Positions 1 to 8,023 of a stretch of 64,000 bases of DNA are shown here, piece by piece. The notes beneath the pieces are model-generated. The model searched no databases. It was not told the origin of the DNA and worked only from the letters and a program-made list of their open reading frames with translations. A program made the position numbers and the translations under genes. The DNA is from Patescibacteria group bacterium. GTDB taxonomy: Bacteria > Patescibacteriota > Patescibacteriia > UBA2196. The stretch lies in contig DAIUDD010000001.1 of the NCBI GenBank assembly GCA_036845805.1, forward strand, positions 103,594 to 167,593. Reading direction: 5' to 3'. Every line of letters starts with the position of its first letter. Position 1 is the stretch's first letter.

Positions 1-802
1 TGGTTCTGTTTTTGATGCGCCGGGTACTAATTACAAATTGCGCAATTCGACCGTAACTACCATTGCTCCAACTGGCACTATCTCTATTATTGCTGGTTGT
101 TCTTCAGGCATTGAACCGCTGTTTGCTGTTTGTTATACCCGTAAAAATATTTTAGACGCTGGCGATGAATTAATTGAAGTTAATCCATTGTTTTTAGAAA
201 TAGCTAAACGGGAAGGTTTTTATAGTCAAGATTTAATGCGTCGGGTGGCCGAACATGGCAGTGTTAAGGGGGTAGCTGGCGTGCCAGAAAAGTGGCAAGA
301 AGTTTTTGTCACCTCTCATGAAATCGAGCCAGAAATTCATGTGCGCACACAAGCAGCTTTTCAAAAACACACTGATAATGCCGTTTCTAAAACAGTGAAT
401 TTCCCTAATTCTGCCACCATGCAAGATGTTAAAGATGTCTACTTGTTAGCATATAAATTGGGTTGCAAGGGTATTACAATTTATCGCGATGGGTCGCGCG
501 ATTTACAGGTTTTAAATTTGGGTAGCGCCAAAACCCCAGAAGGGGACAGCGAAGTTAAAAATGAGATTGTGATTGAAAAAGAAGCGCAAACCGTGCCAGT
601 TAAAGTGGTGCAAACTTCCTTAACAGATTTAATTGGTGAGCAAGAAAAAGAAAATAAAAAAGAAATGAAAAACATGGATGAGATTAAAACTTTAGAAAAA
701 GAAAAAATAGAAAAATGTCCCGAATGCGGTCAGCAAATGGAAATAAAAGAAGGTTGTATGACCTGCCCGGTCTGCGGCTGGGGCAAATGCAGCTTGGGAT
801 AA
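1..802 (+). CDS. nrdJ: Adenosylcobalamin-dependent ribonucleoside-diphosphate/triphosphate reductase (class II, NrdJ), C-terminal part; 5' end outside window
   Basis: Frame 2 is open from nt 2. The motif DAPGTNYKLRNSTVTTIAPTGTISIIAGCSSGIEPLF is the class II RNR signature. C-terminal Cys4 zinc ribbon (CPECG...CPVCGWGKC). Confidence 0.85.
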   Translation, partial: GSVFDAPGTNYKLRNSTVTTIAPTGTISIIAGCSSGIEPLFAVCYTRKNILDAGDELIEVNPLFLEIAKREGFYSQDLMRRVAEHGSVKGVAGVPEKWQEVFVTSHEIEPEIHVRTQAAFQKHTDNAVSKTVNFPNSATMQDVKDVYLLAYKLGCKGITIYRDGSRDLQVLNLGSAKTPEGDSEVKNEIVIEKEAQTVPVKVVQTSLTDLIGEQEKENKKEMKNMDEIKTLEKEKIEKCPECGQQMEIKEGCMTCPVCGWGKCSLG

Positions 803-817
803 TAATTATATTTTTTA

Positions 818-851
818 AAGGCGGCACATCAACGTGTCGCCTTCTTTTTTT
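818..851 (+). terminator. Rho-independent terminator after nrdJ
   Basis: 10-bp stem AAGGCGGCAC/GTGTCGCCTT (one G-U), 6-nt loop, followed by CTTCTTTTTTT. Confidence 0.6.
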
Positions 852-862
852 GATTTTGTAAC

Positions 863-886
863 TCCGGACTTTAGTCCGGATTTTTG
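863..886 (+). terminator. Second, tandem hairpin terminator
   Basis: TCCGGACT-TT-AGTCCGGA 8-bp stem followed by TTTTTG. Confidence 0.5.
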
Positions 887-931
887 TTCTCATCCTTAAA
901 AAATGTTAAAATAAAAAATATAAATACTTTT

Positions 932-1480
932 ATGTCAAGTCATCAAAAGCCCAACCTTATTCTCATTTATACCGGTCATGGCAAAGGCAAAACCACTGCT
1001 GCGCTTGGCTTGATTTTGCGCGCTTTAAGAGAAAAAATGTCTGTTTTAATGATCCAATTCATTAAAAGTCAAAAAGATTCCGGTGAGGCTAATTTAAGGT
1101 CAATTTTACCCGAACTTAGAGTAAGAGCTTTTGGCAATGGTCTTGTTTTAAAAAAACCAACCGTCTCTCAAACATTTATTTTTAAAAAACAATCTAAGCA
1201 AGCATTAGCCTATATTATAAAAACCATAAAATCTAAAAAAGTCAATATTTTGGTTTTAGACGAAATTTGGGTCGCCTTGAGCTTGAAATTAATTAAAAAT
1301 AATGATATATTAGATATAATTAAAACTTTTCGTCTGTCAGGACCAAATCATTATTTGATTTTAACCGGTCGAAATTGCCCGAAAAGTTTTTATCAATATG
1401 CGGATTTGGTGACCGAAATGAAAGAAATCAAGCATCCGTTTAAAAAAGGGATTGGTGCGGTAAAAGGTATAGATTATTAA
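932..1480 (+). CDS. cobO: Cob(I)yrinic acid a,c-diamide / corrinoid adenosyltransferase (CobO/BtuR family)
   Basis: LIYTGHGKGKTTAALGLILRA P-loop is typical of CobA/CobO/BtuR. Start taken at the internal ATG at 932, because the track ORF start at 884 overlaps the upstream terminators. Confidence 0.7.
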   Translation: MSSHQKPNLILIYTGHGKGKTTAALGLILRALREKMSVLMIQFIKSQKDSGEANLRSILPELRVRAFGNGLVLKKPTVSQTFIFKKQSKQALAYIIKTIKSKKVNILVLDEIWVALSLKLIKNNDILDIIKTFRLSGPNHYLILTGRNCPKSFYQYADLVTEMKEIKHPFKKGIGAVKGIDY

Positions 1481-1496
1481 ATTTAACTATTTTTTT

Positions 1497-1518
1497 CCCT
1501 CCCCTTACGAAGGGGAGG
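1497..1518. repeat. Palindromic hairpin (CCTCCCCTT-ACG-AAGGGGAGG) at the 5' flank of the DUF559 gene
   Basis: Perfect 9-bp stem with 3-nt loop, immediately before the SD AAGGAGG of the 1536 gene. Confidence 0.55.
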
Positions 1519-1535
1519 ACTAAGGAGGGGTTAAT

Positions 1536-1922
1536 ATGACTGAGTTGTTTAATTTAAAGCAACAAACATCATTAAGAAAAATATTACGAACTAATATGCC
1601 AAAAGGTGAAAAAATGCTTTGGCAAAAATTAAGACGTAATAATATGGGTTATAAATTTCGTCGGCAATTCGGTGTTGGTAAATATGTGGTTGATTTTTAC
1701 TGTCCTAAATTATCTTTAGTTATTGAAGTTGATGGCTTAACTCATGATTTTAAAGATAGAATATATTCTGATAAAATTAAACAAAAATACATTGAATCAA
1801 AAGGAATAAAAATTTTAAGATTTAATAGTAAAGAAATTTTTGAAAATATAAATAGTGTTTTGGACCAAATATATTTTGTTTGCGAGGGGTTAAAAACCTC
1901 TCCCCAACCCTCTCCTTCGTAA
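1536..1922 (+). CDS. DUF559 endonuclease-domain protein (Vsr/very-short-patch-repair-like fold)
   Basis: VDFYCPKLSLVIEVDGLTHDF...GIKILRF matches the DUF559 core. Strong SD GGAGG sits 7 nt upstream. Confidence 0.75.
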   Translation: MTELFNLKQQTSLRKILRTNMPKGEKMLWQKLRRNNMGYKFRRQFGVGKYVVDFYCPKLSLVIEVDGLTHDFKDRIYSDKIKQKYIESKGIKILRFNSKEIFENINSVLDQIYFVCEGLKTSPQPSPS

Positions 1923-1930
1923 GGAGAGGG
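1908..1930. repeat. Palindromic hairpin (CCCTCTCCTT-CGT-AAGGAGAGGG) at the 3' end of the DUF559 gene
   Basis: 10-bp perfect stem. The loop CGT is the reverse complement of the 5'-flank loop ACG. The stop codon of the gene lies inside the hairpin. Confidence 0.55.
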
Positions 1931-1942
1931 GGGTAATCTTTT

Positions 1943-2025
1943 CCGAGGATACCAAAGCGGTCAACTGGGGCAGACTGTAAATCTGCTGGCTTACGCCTTC
2001 GTTGGTTCGAATCCAACTCCTCGGA
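1943..2025 (+). tRNA. tRNA-Tyr (anticodon GTA), type II with long variable arm
   Basis: Acceptor CCGAGGA/TCCTCGG. Anticodon stem GCAGA/TCTGC with loop CTGTAAA. Variable hairpin GGC-TTAC-GCC. T-arm GTTGG-TTCGAAT-CCAAC. Discriminator A; no encoded CCA. Confidence 0.85.
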
Positions 2026-2043
2026 CTTTACTTCTATAAAAAT

Positions 2044-3180
2044 ATGATCACACAAGACAAATTGAAATTAATTACCCAAAATACCGAAGAAATTATTGGA
2101 CAAGACGAATTGGAAAAAATGTTGGCCAATAATGAAAAACTACATCACTACATCGGTTTTGAAATTTCTGGTCGAATACATTTAGGAACCGGCGTCATGT
2201 CAATGATGAAAGTGCGCGACTTGCAGCAAGCCGGTGTAGATTGTTCTGTTTTTTTAGCTGATTGGCACGCTTGGATTAATGATAAGCTTGGTGGTGATAG
2301 GGAAGTAATTAAAAAAGTTGGCATTGGTTATTTTAAGGAAGGTTTATCTGAGTGTCTTAAAATTGTCGGCGGTGATCCAAAAAAAGTTAATTTTATTTTA
2401 GGCTCCGAGTTGTATCATAATAATGATGAATATTGGCAAGCCTTTGTGGAAATCAGTAAAAGTTTAACTTTGTCACGCGTGATGAAATCAACCACCATTA
2501 TGGGCCGCAATCAAGGGGAAAGCATGCCCTTTGCTTGGTTGTTATACCCGCCCATGCAAGTCGCTGATATTTTTATTCAAGGTGTTAATCTGGCGCACGC
2601 TGGTCTTGATCAGCGCAAAGCTCACGTTATCGCACGGGAAGTGGCTCTAAAACTTAAACATTGTCCTTTAAAAAACAAAGCTGGTGAAATAATTAAACCA
2701 GTCGCTCTTCATCACCATTTGATTTTGGGTTTAACCAAGCCAGAACCCTGGCCGATTACTGATAAAGAAAATTTACAAGAAATTTGGTCACAGATGAAAA
2801 TGAGCAAATCCAAACCCGATTCCGCTGTTTTTATTGATGATAGCGAAGAAGAGATTAACCGTAAAATTAATAAAGCTTTTTGTCCTGAAAGTGAAGTAGA
2901 ATTTAATCCCGTTTTAGATTGGATGAAATATATTATTTTCCCCAATAGTCAAAATAGTGTTCTAATTAAACGCGAGGAAAAATATGGCGGTGATGTGGTT
3001 TATGAAAAATATGAAGATTTAGAAAAAGATTTTCAAAATAAAAATCTTTACCCCACTGATTTAAAAATATTTGTGGCCGATTGGTTAGTGAAATTTTTGC
3101 GTCCAATTCGGGAGCATTTTTCTTCTGGCGAAGCTAAAGAGATGAAAGAATATTTAGAGCAAATTCAAGCAAAAAAGTAA
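2044..3180 (+). CDS. tyrS: Tyrosine--tRNA ligase, archaeal/eukaryotic type
   Basis: HYIGFEISGRIHLGTG (HIGH region) and KMSKS are present. The overall pattern matches archaeal TyrRS (…LADWHAW…, …KAFCPESEVEFNP…). Start moved to ATG 2044, because the track start 2002 overlaps tRNA-Tyr. Confidence 0.85.
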   Translation: MITQDKLKLITQNTEEIIGQDELEKMLANNEKLHHYIGFEISGRIHLGTGVMSMMKVRDLQQAGVDCSVFLADWHAWINDKLGGDREVIKKVGIGYFKEGLSECLKIVGGDPKKVNFILGSELYHNNDEYWQAFVEISKSLTLSRVMKSTTIMGRNQGESMPFAWLLYPPMQVADIFIQGVNLAHAGLDQRKAHVIAREVALKLKHCPLKNKAGEIIKPVALHHHLILGLTKPEPWPITDKENLQEIWSQMKMSKSKPDSAVFIDDSEEEINRKINKAFCPESEVEFNPVLDWMKYIIFPNSQNSVLIKREEKYGGDVVYEKYEDLEKDFQNKNLYPTDLKIFVADWLVKFLRPIREHFSSGEAKEMKEYLEQIQAKK

Positions 3181-3227
3181 ATTAATATTTTTTTAAAATT
3201 TAAAATTTTAAATTAAAAATTGTAAAC

Positions 3228-3303
3228 GGGCCCTTAGCTCATTTGGTAGAGCGCATCCATGGCATGGATGAGGCGACCGGTTCGATCCCGGTAGGGTCCA
3301 CCA
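3228..3303 (+). tRNA. tRNA-Ala (anticodon GGC), CCA encoded
   Basis: 73-nt cloverleaf with acceptor GGGCCCT/AGGGTCC carrying the G3:U70 identity pair. Anticodon loop ATGGCAT. T-loop TTCGATC. Confidence 0.85.
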
Positions 3304-3344
3304 ATCTACGATAAACTATTTGTATCTATGATAAACTATATAAT

Positions 3345-3728
3345 ATGAAATCAGTTGTATTGTGCGGTAGCCGCCGTTTCAAACTAGAAATGAGAGAGTT
3401 TGGTAAAAAGCTCAAAGAACTTGGGGTTGTTGTCTTTGAACCATATTTACATTCAGGACAAGACGAATGGCAGAAATTATCCAATGACTATAAGAAATTC
3501 GTTGCTCTTGGATTAACACACGACCATTTTTACAAGATAAAAATGGCTGATGTGGTTTTCGTTTTCAATAAAGACGGGTACGTTGGTGTTAGCACGACGC
3601 TGGAACTTGGATATGCTGTAGGAGCCGGCAAGCCAATCTATGCGCTTTCCGCCGATGAGGAGCTATGCAGGCACGTTTTATTCAGGGAGATAATCCAATC
3701 ACCTGAAGAGTTGGTGAAAATGTTGTAG
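3345..3728 (+). CDS. Nucleoside 2-deoxyribosyltransferase-like family protein
   Basis: VVLCGSRRF...ADVVFVFNKDGYVGVSTTLELGYAVGAGKPIYAL topology resembles the NDT/PF05014-like fold. GC is noticeably higher than in neighbouring genes. Confidence 0.5.
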   Translation: MKSVVLCGSRRFKLEMREFGKKLKELGVVVFEPYLHSGQDEWQKLSNDYKKFVALGLTHDHFYKIKMADVVFVFNKDGYVGVSTTLELGYAVGAGKPIYALSADEELCRHVLFREIIQSPEELVKML

Positions 3729-3779
3729 GTTGGAACGATATAATCTGTTAAAAAATATAGAAAAAATAAATAATAACTT

Positions 3780-3855
3780 GCCATTTTAGCTCAATTGGTA
3801 GAGCAACGGTTTTGTAAACCGTAGGTTCCCGGTTCGAGCCCGGGAAATGGCTCCA
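3780..3855 (+). tRNA. tRNA-Thr (anticodon TGT), CCA encoded
   Basis: Acceptor GCCATTT/AAATGGC. Anticodon stem ACGGT/ACCGT with loop TTTGTAA. T-arm CCCGG-TTCGAGC-CCGGG. Confidence 0.85.
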
Positions 3856-3972
3856 TTATAAAAAATTAAATATCAGAGATCAAAAATATACAATTAACTC
3901 ATAAAAAATTTTATAAAATTTTTTATTCCAAAATTTTGAGTTTTGAATTTTGATTTTTGAGTTATTAAATAT

Positions 3973-4143
3973 ATGGCTACTAAATACAAAGAACGACTTA
4001 TTGGTTTAGAATGTTCCGAATGTAAAAGAATTACTTATTATTCTTCTAAGAACAAAAAAACCATCAAGGAAAAATTACAATTAAAAAAACATTGTAAATT
4101 TTGCCGTAAGCATACCTTACACAAAGAAACTAAAGTGAAATAA
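3973..4143 (+). CDS. rpmG: 50S ribosomal protein L33
   Basis: 56-aa ORF MATKYKERLIGLECSECKRITYYSSKNKKTIKEKLQLKKHCKFCRKHTLHKETKVK with the L33 zinc-ribbon pattern. Absent from the supplied ORF track. Confidence 0.8.
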   Translation: MATKYKERLIGLECSECKRITYYSSKNKKTIKEKLQLKKHCKFCRKHTLHKETKVK

Positions 4144-4509
4144 ATGGGCAAAGTAAATAATCAAAAACTGGCTGATTTAATTTTTATTTTGCATATTTTT
4201 TGGATGTTGTGGGCAATCATCAGTTTGCCATTAGTTTTGTTATTTGATTGGTATTTAGTAATTTGTCTTGTTTTTTTAATCATCACCATTTCTAGTTGGG
4301 TATTGCTTGATGAGTGTTTGTTTAATCGCTGGGAGCATCATTTTCGTCAATGGGATTATGATAATAAAAAAACCAGAGGAGAGTTTTTTGTCCGTGTATT
4401 GAAGTTTTTTTCCATTAATATTTCTGGTAAAACAGCTGCTAAAATTAATCAGGGTTATATTTTTTGCCTATTAATTATCACTCTGTTAAGAATATTTAAA
4501 GTTTATTAA
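4144..4509 (+). CDS. DUF2784-like small integral membrane protein
   Basis: Three TM segments plus a DECLFNRWEHHFRQ motif resembling the DUF2784 CPLTxWE core. Start ATG abuts the rpmG stop (TAAATG). Confidence 0.45.
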   Translation: MGKVNNQKLADLIFILHIFWMLWAIISLPLVLLFDWYLVICLVFLIITISSWVLLDECLFNRWEHHFRQWDYDNKKTRGEFFVRVLKFFSINISGKTAAKINQGYIFCLLIITLLRIFKVY

Positions 4510-4542
4510 ATCATGTAAATTTAAAAGAATAAAAATTACTAC

Positions 4543-4617
4543 GGGGGTATAGTATAATGGCTATTATGCTGGTCTCCAAAACCAGAGATCTGGGTTCAAT
4601 TCCTAGTGCCCCCGCCA
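4543..4617 (+). tRNA. tRNA-Trp (anticodon CCA), CCA encoded
   Basis: Acceptor GGGGGTA/TGCCCCC. Anticodon stem CTGGT/ACCAG with loop CTCCAAA. T-arm CTGGG-TTCAATT-CCTAG. D-stem is weak. Confidence 0.8.
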
Positions 4618-4687
4618 AAAAGCAGCCATTTATAGCTGTTTTTTGATTGCCAAAATTATATTTTTATGCCAAAATTAATTATAATCT

Positions 4688-5224
4688 ATGCCCAAAATCC
4701 TTTTGCATTCTTGTTGTGCTCCGTGTGGCGCGCACGTGATAGAAGAATTAAAAAATCGTGGCTTTAAAGTTACGGTCTTTTTTTATAATCCTAATATTTT
4801 TCCATTTGAAGAATATGAGACAAGAAAAAGAGAAATAGAAAAATTTTGTCAAAATTGTAGCGTTAATTTTATTGAAAGTGATTATGATCATAAAGAATGG
4901 TTAGATTTTATCAAAGGATTAGAAAGAGAAAAAGAAGGTAGAAATCGATGTTTTAAATGTTATGAATTTCGTTTATTAAAAACCGCCGAGTATGCGAAAG
5001 AAAATAATTTTGATTATTTTGCTTCCACACTTTCTATATCGCCGCATAAAAACGCAGCCAAAATTAATGAAATTGGTAGAGAAGTGGCGCAAAAACATCA
5101 GGAAAAATTTTATGAAGCTGATTGGAAAAAACAAGACGGATTTAAAAAATCTTGCCAACTTTCAAAAGAGCACAATTTCTATCGTCAAAATTACTGCGGC
5201 TGTGAATTTAGTCGCCAGCTCTAA
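4688..5224 (+). CDS. queH: Epoxyqueuosine reductase QueH (DUF208)
   Basis: LLHSCCAPCGAHV N-terminal Cys cluster and C-terminal NYCGCEFS are QueH hallmarks. Confidence 0.85.
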   Translation: MPKILLHSCCAPCGAHVIEELKNRGFKVTVFFYNPNIFPFEEYETRKREIEKFCQNCSVNFIESDYDHKEWLDFIKGLEREKEGRNRCFKCYEFRLLKTAEYAKENNFDYFASTLSISPHKNAAKINEIGREVAQKHQEKFYEADWKKQDGFKKSCQLSKEHNFYRQNYCGCEFSRQL

Positions 5225-5336
5225 TGTTTGCTCTTTAGAGCATAAAATGGTAAAATCTAATTAGTGGATATCTTAATAATTAAAGATTAAATTTCAATAG
5301 TTTTAACTTTTGAAATTTAAGTTTTGAGTTTTTATT

Positions 5337-5489
5337 ATGATTATTGGTGCCGGTCTCTTTATCATTGGCTTATCGTTTCTTTTAAAAAATCTTGGATTTT
5401 TAACTGATGTGACTTGGTCATTTATCTGGCCAGTTTTATTAATGATTGTTGGTTTATCAATGATTTTTAATCGTCGTAAACAATGGTAA
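5337..5489 (+). CDS. Small (50 aa) two-TM membrane protein, hypothetical
   Basis: ORF MIIGAGLFIIGLSFLLKNLGFLTDVTWSFIWPVLLMIVGLSMIFNRRKQW. Not in ORF track. Coding status uncertain. Confidence 0.3.
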   Translation: MIIGAGLFIIGLSFLLKNLGFLTDVTWSFIWPVLLMIVGLSMIFNRRKQW

Positions 5490-5568
5490 TATTTCAATTT
5501 TTAATATTATTAATTTAAAAAAGATCACGCATCTTAATTTTATTGTATTTATAAAATACTATCAAAAT

Positions 5569-7341
5569 ATGAATAACGAACCATTAGTGAATCTTGGTAA
5601 TAATAATCAACCATTATTACCAAATGAACCCAAAATTTATACTATGCCAACTGTTGGCGACCAAACACCAGCCTCGCCCCCGCCAACACCTCCGATTAGT
5701 CCGATTAGTTCGACTTCTTTAGATTCAGCTATTAATTCTAACCAACCGTTTAATTTAAAAAATCTAGGCAGTTTATTTAGCCAAACCATAAAAATGATTT
5801 GGCAAAAAAAATGGCGATTTTTATATTTAAACATCGTTCCTAAAATTATTGGATTTTTGTTGTTTTGTATCCCCCTGGCACTCATAATTGTAATATTTGT
5901 AATCATGGTTTTAAGTAAAGGCAGCCCCATGTCTAGTTTGAGCGCCGTTGGTCTAGGAGAAATTATATTCATAGTTTTGGGTGTTATTGCATTATTACTT
6001 ATGTTTTTTGGTTTTATCTATGGTGTACTTTGGTCTCAGGCTGCCTATATTCATTATTTACAAACCCAAGAAATTTCTAAAAGAGTAATTAATAAAGCTA
6101 GTCGTAAAAAAATTTGGGGTTTATTAGGAACCACGATTATTGCTGGTTTTATGGCTTTTGGTTGGTTTATTTTATTTATGTTAGTGGCCGTACTCTGGTC
6201 TATTTTTGTTGATCGTTCTAATGTTAGCATGATTATTATCGGTATTTTAAGTTTAGTCTTTATTGTTTATTCTATTATTAGATCAATCAGGTTTAGTTTA
6301 GCTGGCATTGTTAAATTGATGGAAGGTCTGCCGGCTGTAGCTTCGGTTAGACGTAGTAAATCTCTTGTTTTTGGCTATAGTTGGCCAATTTTTAAACGCC
6401 AGATCATGCTTGGTTATTTGCAGTTTATTATTCAAATAGCTTCTTTTGTTAGTATGGCTTTAATATTTTGGTTTGGTTCAGTTAATAAATTATTTTTAAT
6501 TATAGCTATAATTTTGGGTTTAGTTGTTTTTCTTTTCATGCTTTTGATTTCATCTTTATTAGAACCGTTTAATTATGCCTACTATTATGACATTTATCAA
6601 AACTTATCAGCCATTAAGAATAAAGATGTTGGTGCCAAAGAAAAACACAGCTTAGGATATAAATTGGGCATTTTGGGTCTTTTGGTTTTATTACCATTGT
6701 TATGGATTGGTATGTTTTTTTTAAATTTAATTCTGAATAGTGGTGTCGCCGATCTTTCTGCTGTAACAAAATTAACGCCTCTTTTATCTGGTCCTGGTTT
6801 AAATTTTAATTCTAGTACTAATTTAAATCTGGAAAATTTAGATAATACCAATATCACTGATCAATCTGCCGCCTTTGATTTTCTTAAAACCTTAAGTGAT
6901 GAGAATGTTCAAGAATTAAATAATTATAGTAATCAGCTTTTTAAAGAATTACCCGGCAACCCCAACAAAGAGGATTTGCCTATCTTTAATACCGAAGAAT
7001 TTCGTCAGTTATTAAACACTGCTGGTTTTGACGCCGATAAAATTATGGCTGAATTTTCTTTAGAAAAACAAAAGTTTATTTGGAATAGTTTTTATATTGG
7101 CATGAGTTCATCTGATCCAGAAAATCAAGCACTGGATCAGCCGGCAAACGGAAATACTAATAATTTAATGTTGGAATCAGATAGTGATATTGATAGTGAT
7201 AATGATAGCTTGACTGATATAGAAGAAGAAATTTTTGGCACTGATTTAAACAATCCCGATTCTGATGGCGATGGTTATTTAGATGGCGAAGAGGTTTTAA
7301 ATGGTTATAATCCCATGGGTCCTGGTAAATTAATTCCCTAA
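5569..7341 (+). CDS. Polytopic membrane protein with Pro-rich N-terminus and acidic TSP3-like Ca-binding C-terminal tail
   Basis: Multiple hydrophobic helices in the central region. C-terminus DSDIDSDNDS...NNPDSDGDGYLDGEEVLNGYNP resembles thrombospondin type-3 (DxDxDG) repeats. Confidence 0.55.
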   Translation: MNNEPLVNLGNNNQPLLPNEPKIYTMPTVGDQTPASPPPTPPISPISSTSLDSAINSNQPFNLKNLGSLFSQTIKMIWQKKWRFLYLNIVPKIIGFLLFCIPLALIIVIFVIMVLSKGSPMSSLSAVGLGEIIFIVLGVIALLLMFFGFIYGVLWSQAAYIHYLQTQEISKRVINKASRKKIWGLLGTTIIAGFMAFGWFILFMLVAVLWSIFVDRSNVSMIIIGILSLVFIVYSIIRSIRFSLAGIVKLMEGLPAVASVRRSKSLVFGYSWPIFKRQIMLGYLQFIIQIASFVSMALIFWFGSVNKLFLIIAIILGLVVFLFMLLISSLLEPFNYAYYYDIYQNLSAIKNKDVGAKEKHSLGYKLGILGLLVLLPLLWIGMFFLNLILNSGVADLSAVTKLTPLLSGPGLNFNSSTNLNLENLDNTNITDQSAAFDFLKTLSDENVQELNNYSNQLFKELPGNPNKEDLPIFNTEEFRQLLNTAGFDADKIMAEFSLEKQKFIWNSFYIGMSSSDPENQALDQPANGNTNNLMLESDSDIDSDNDSLTDIEEEIFGTDLNNPDSDGDGYLDGEEVLNGYNPMGPGKLIP

Positions 7342-7519
7342 AATGGCAGAAATAGCTGAAAAAATAATCTTGTTTTGCCCGATGATTTGCCTTCTTTGCG
7401 ACAGCGGTTAGTTTGGCTGCAAAATTTAGCTGATCGCGGGGACGATACGGTTGTTTTTGAATTAAATATTATTAAAGAAAAAATAAATTTATTAACCAAA
7501 AAAATAAAAAAACAAAAAT

Positions 7520-8023
7520 ATGTCTCAACCTAACAAGCACCAACATTTTAAAATGAGTGATGAAAATGTACAACATCTTTTAAAACACCCGGGCAAATTA
7601 GCTCTTTTTATTGGCGTTATCTTAACCGTTTTAATTTGTGCTTTAATAGTTGCTTGGGGGCAAACAAAATCTCAAAAAAGTGATTCACCGGCTAGCAGTA
7701 TCCCTCAAAAAATTCTTACTACCGAGGAGTTAAAAGCTGATTATCAGAAATCAGTTGCCAGTATTATAAGAGAATATTGGTCAAAAAGACCCGATTTAAT
7801 TGCTGAAGCTGATATTTGTTTGCAAACTATAAACCAAACCGCCAGCCAGTTGTTAAATTTAACCGTCACTAAAGATTTTAAGGAATTGCAGCTTAAATTA
7901 GTAATTCTTTTGGATGGAGATAAAAATAATTGTCAGACTGGTCAGGAAAAGTGGCCTTTGCACTCAACCGCTGCTTGGCAAGATTTATTAGATCGCTATC
8001 CCTGGTTGATTGAAATTGAATAA
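7520..8023 (+). CDS. Hypothetical single-pass membrane protein
   Basis: One TM (LALFIGVILTVLICALIVAW). No recognisable domain. Confidence 0.45.
   Translation: MSQPNKHQHFKMSDENVQHLLKHPGKLALFIGVILTVLICALIVAWGQTKSQKSDSPASSIPQKILTTEELKADYQKSVASIIREYWSKRPDLIAEADICLQTINQTASQLLNLTVTKDFKELQLKLVILLDGDKNNCQTGQEKWPLHSTAAWQDLLDRYPWLIEIE

Noticed and set aside
233-893. Minus-strand ORFs 233..424, 481..675, 684..893
   Set aside because: Antisense to the well-supported nrdJ coding frame, or overlapping the terminators. Low-complexity translations.
884-931. Upstream extension of the cobO ORF
   Set aside because: It overlaps two intrinsic terminator hairpins. The ATG at 932 precedes the conserved adenosyltransferase core.
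2002-2043. Upstream extension of the tyrS ORF (MVRIQLLGLYFYKN...)
   Set aside because: It overlaps the 3' half of tRNA-Tyr. The internal ATG at 2044 gives a protein that aligns from residue 1 with archaeal TyrRS.
3895-3972. Periodic TTTTGA(G/A/T) motif repeated four times upstream of rpmG, with similar strings upstream of 5337 and 42737
   Set aside because: Extremely A/T-rich low-complexity promoter DNA. The periodicity is too short and degenerate to call a repeat family or operator.
4976-5264. ORFs 4976..5158 (-) and 4992..5264 (+) overlapping queH
   Set aside because: Alternative-frame artefacts inside a gene with clear QueH motifs.
7342-7519. Short frames between the large membrane protein and the next gene (MAEIAEK... 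and an in-frame continuation NNLVLPDDLPSLRQRLVWLQNLADRGDD...)
   Set aside because: The continuation is in the same frame as the upstream gene but separated from it by two stop codons (TAA then TGA). No ATG start and no SD. Long ORFs elsewhere show TGA is a genuine stop in this genome. Treated as non-coding, possibly a decayed remnant.
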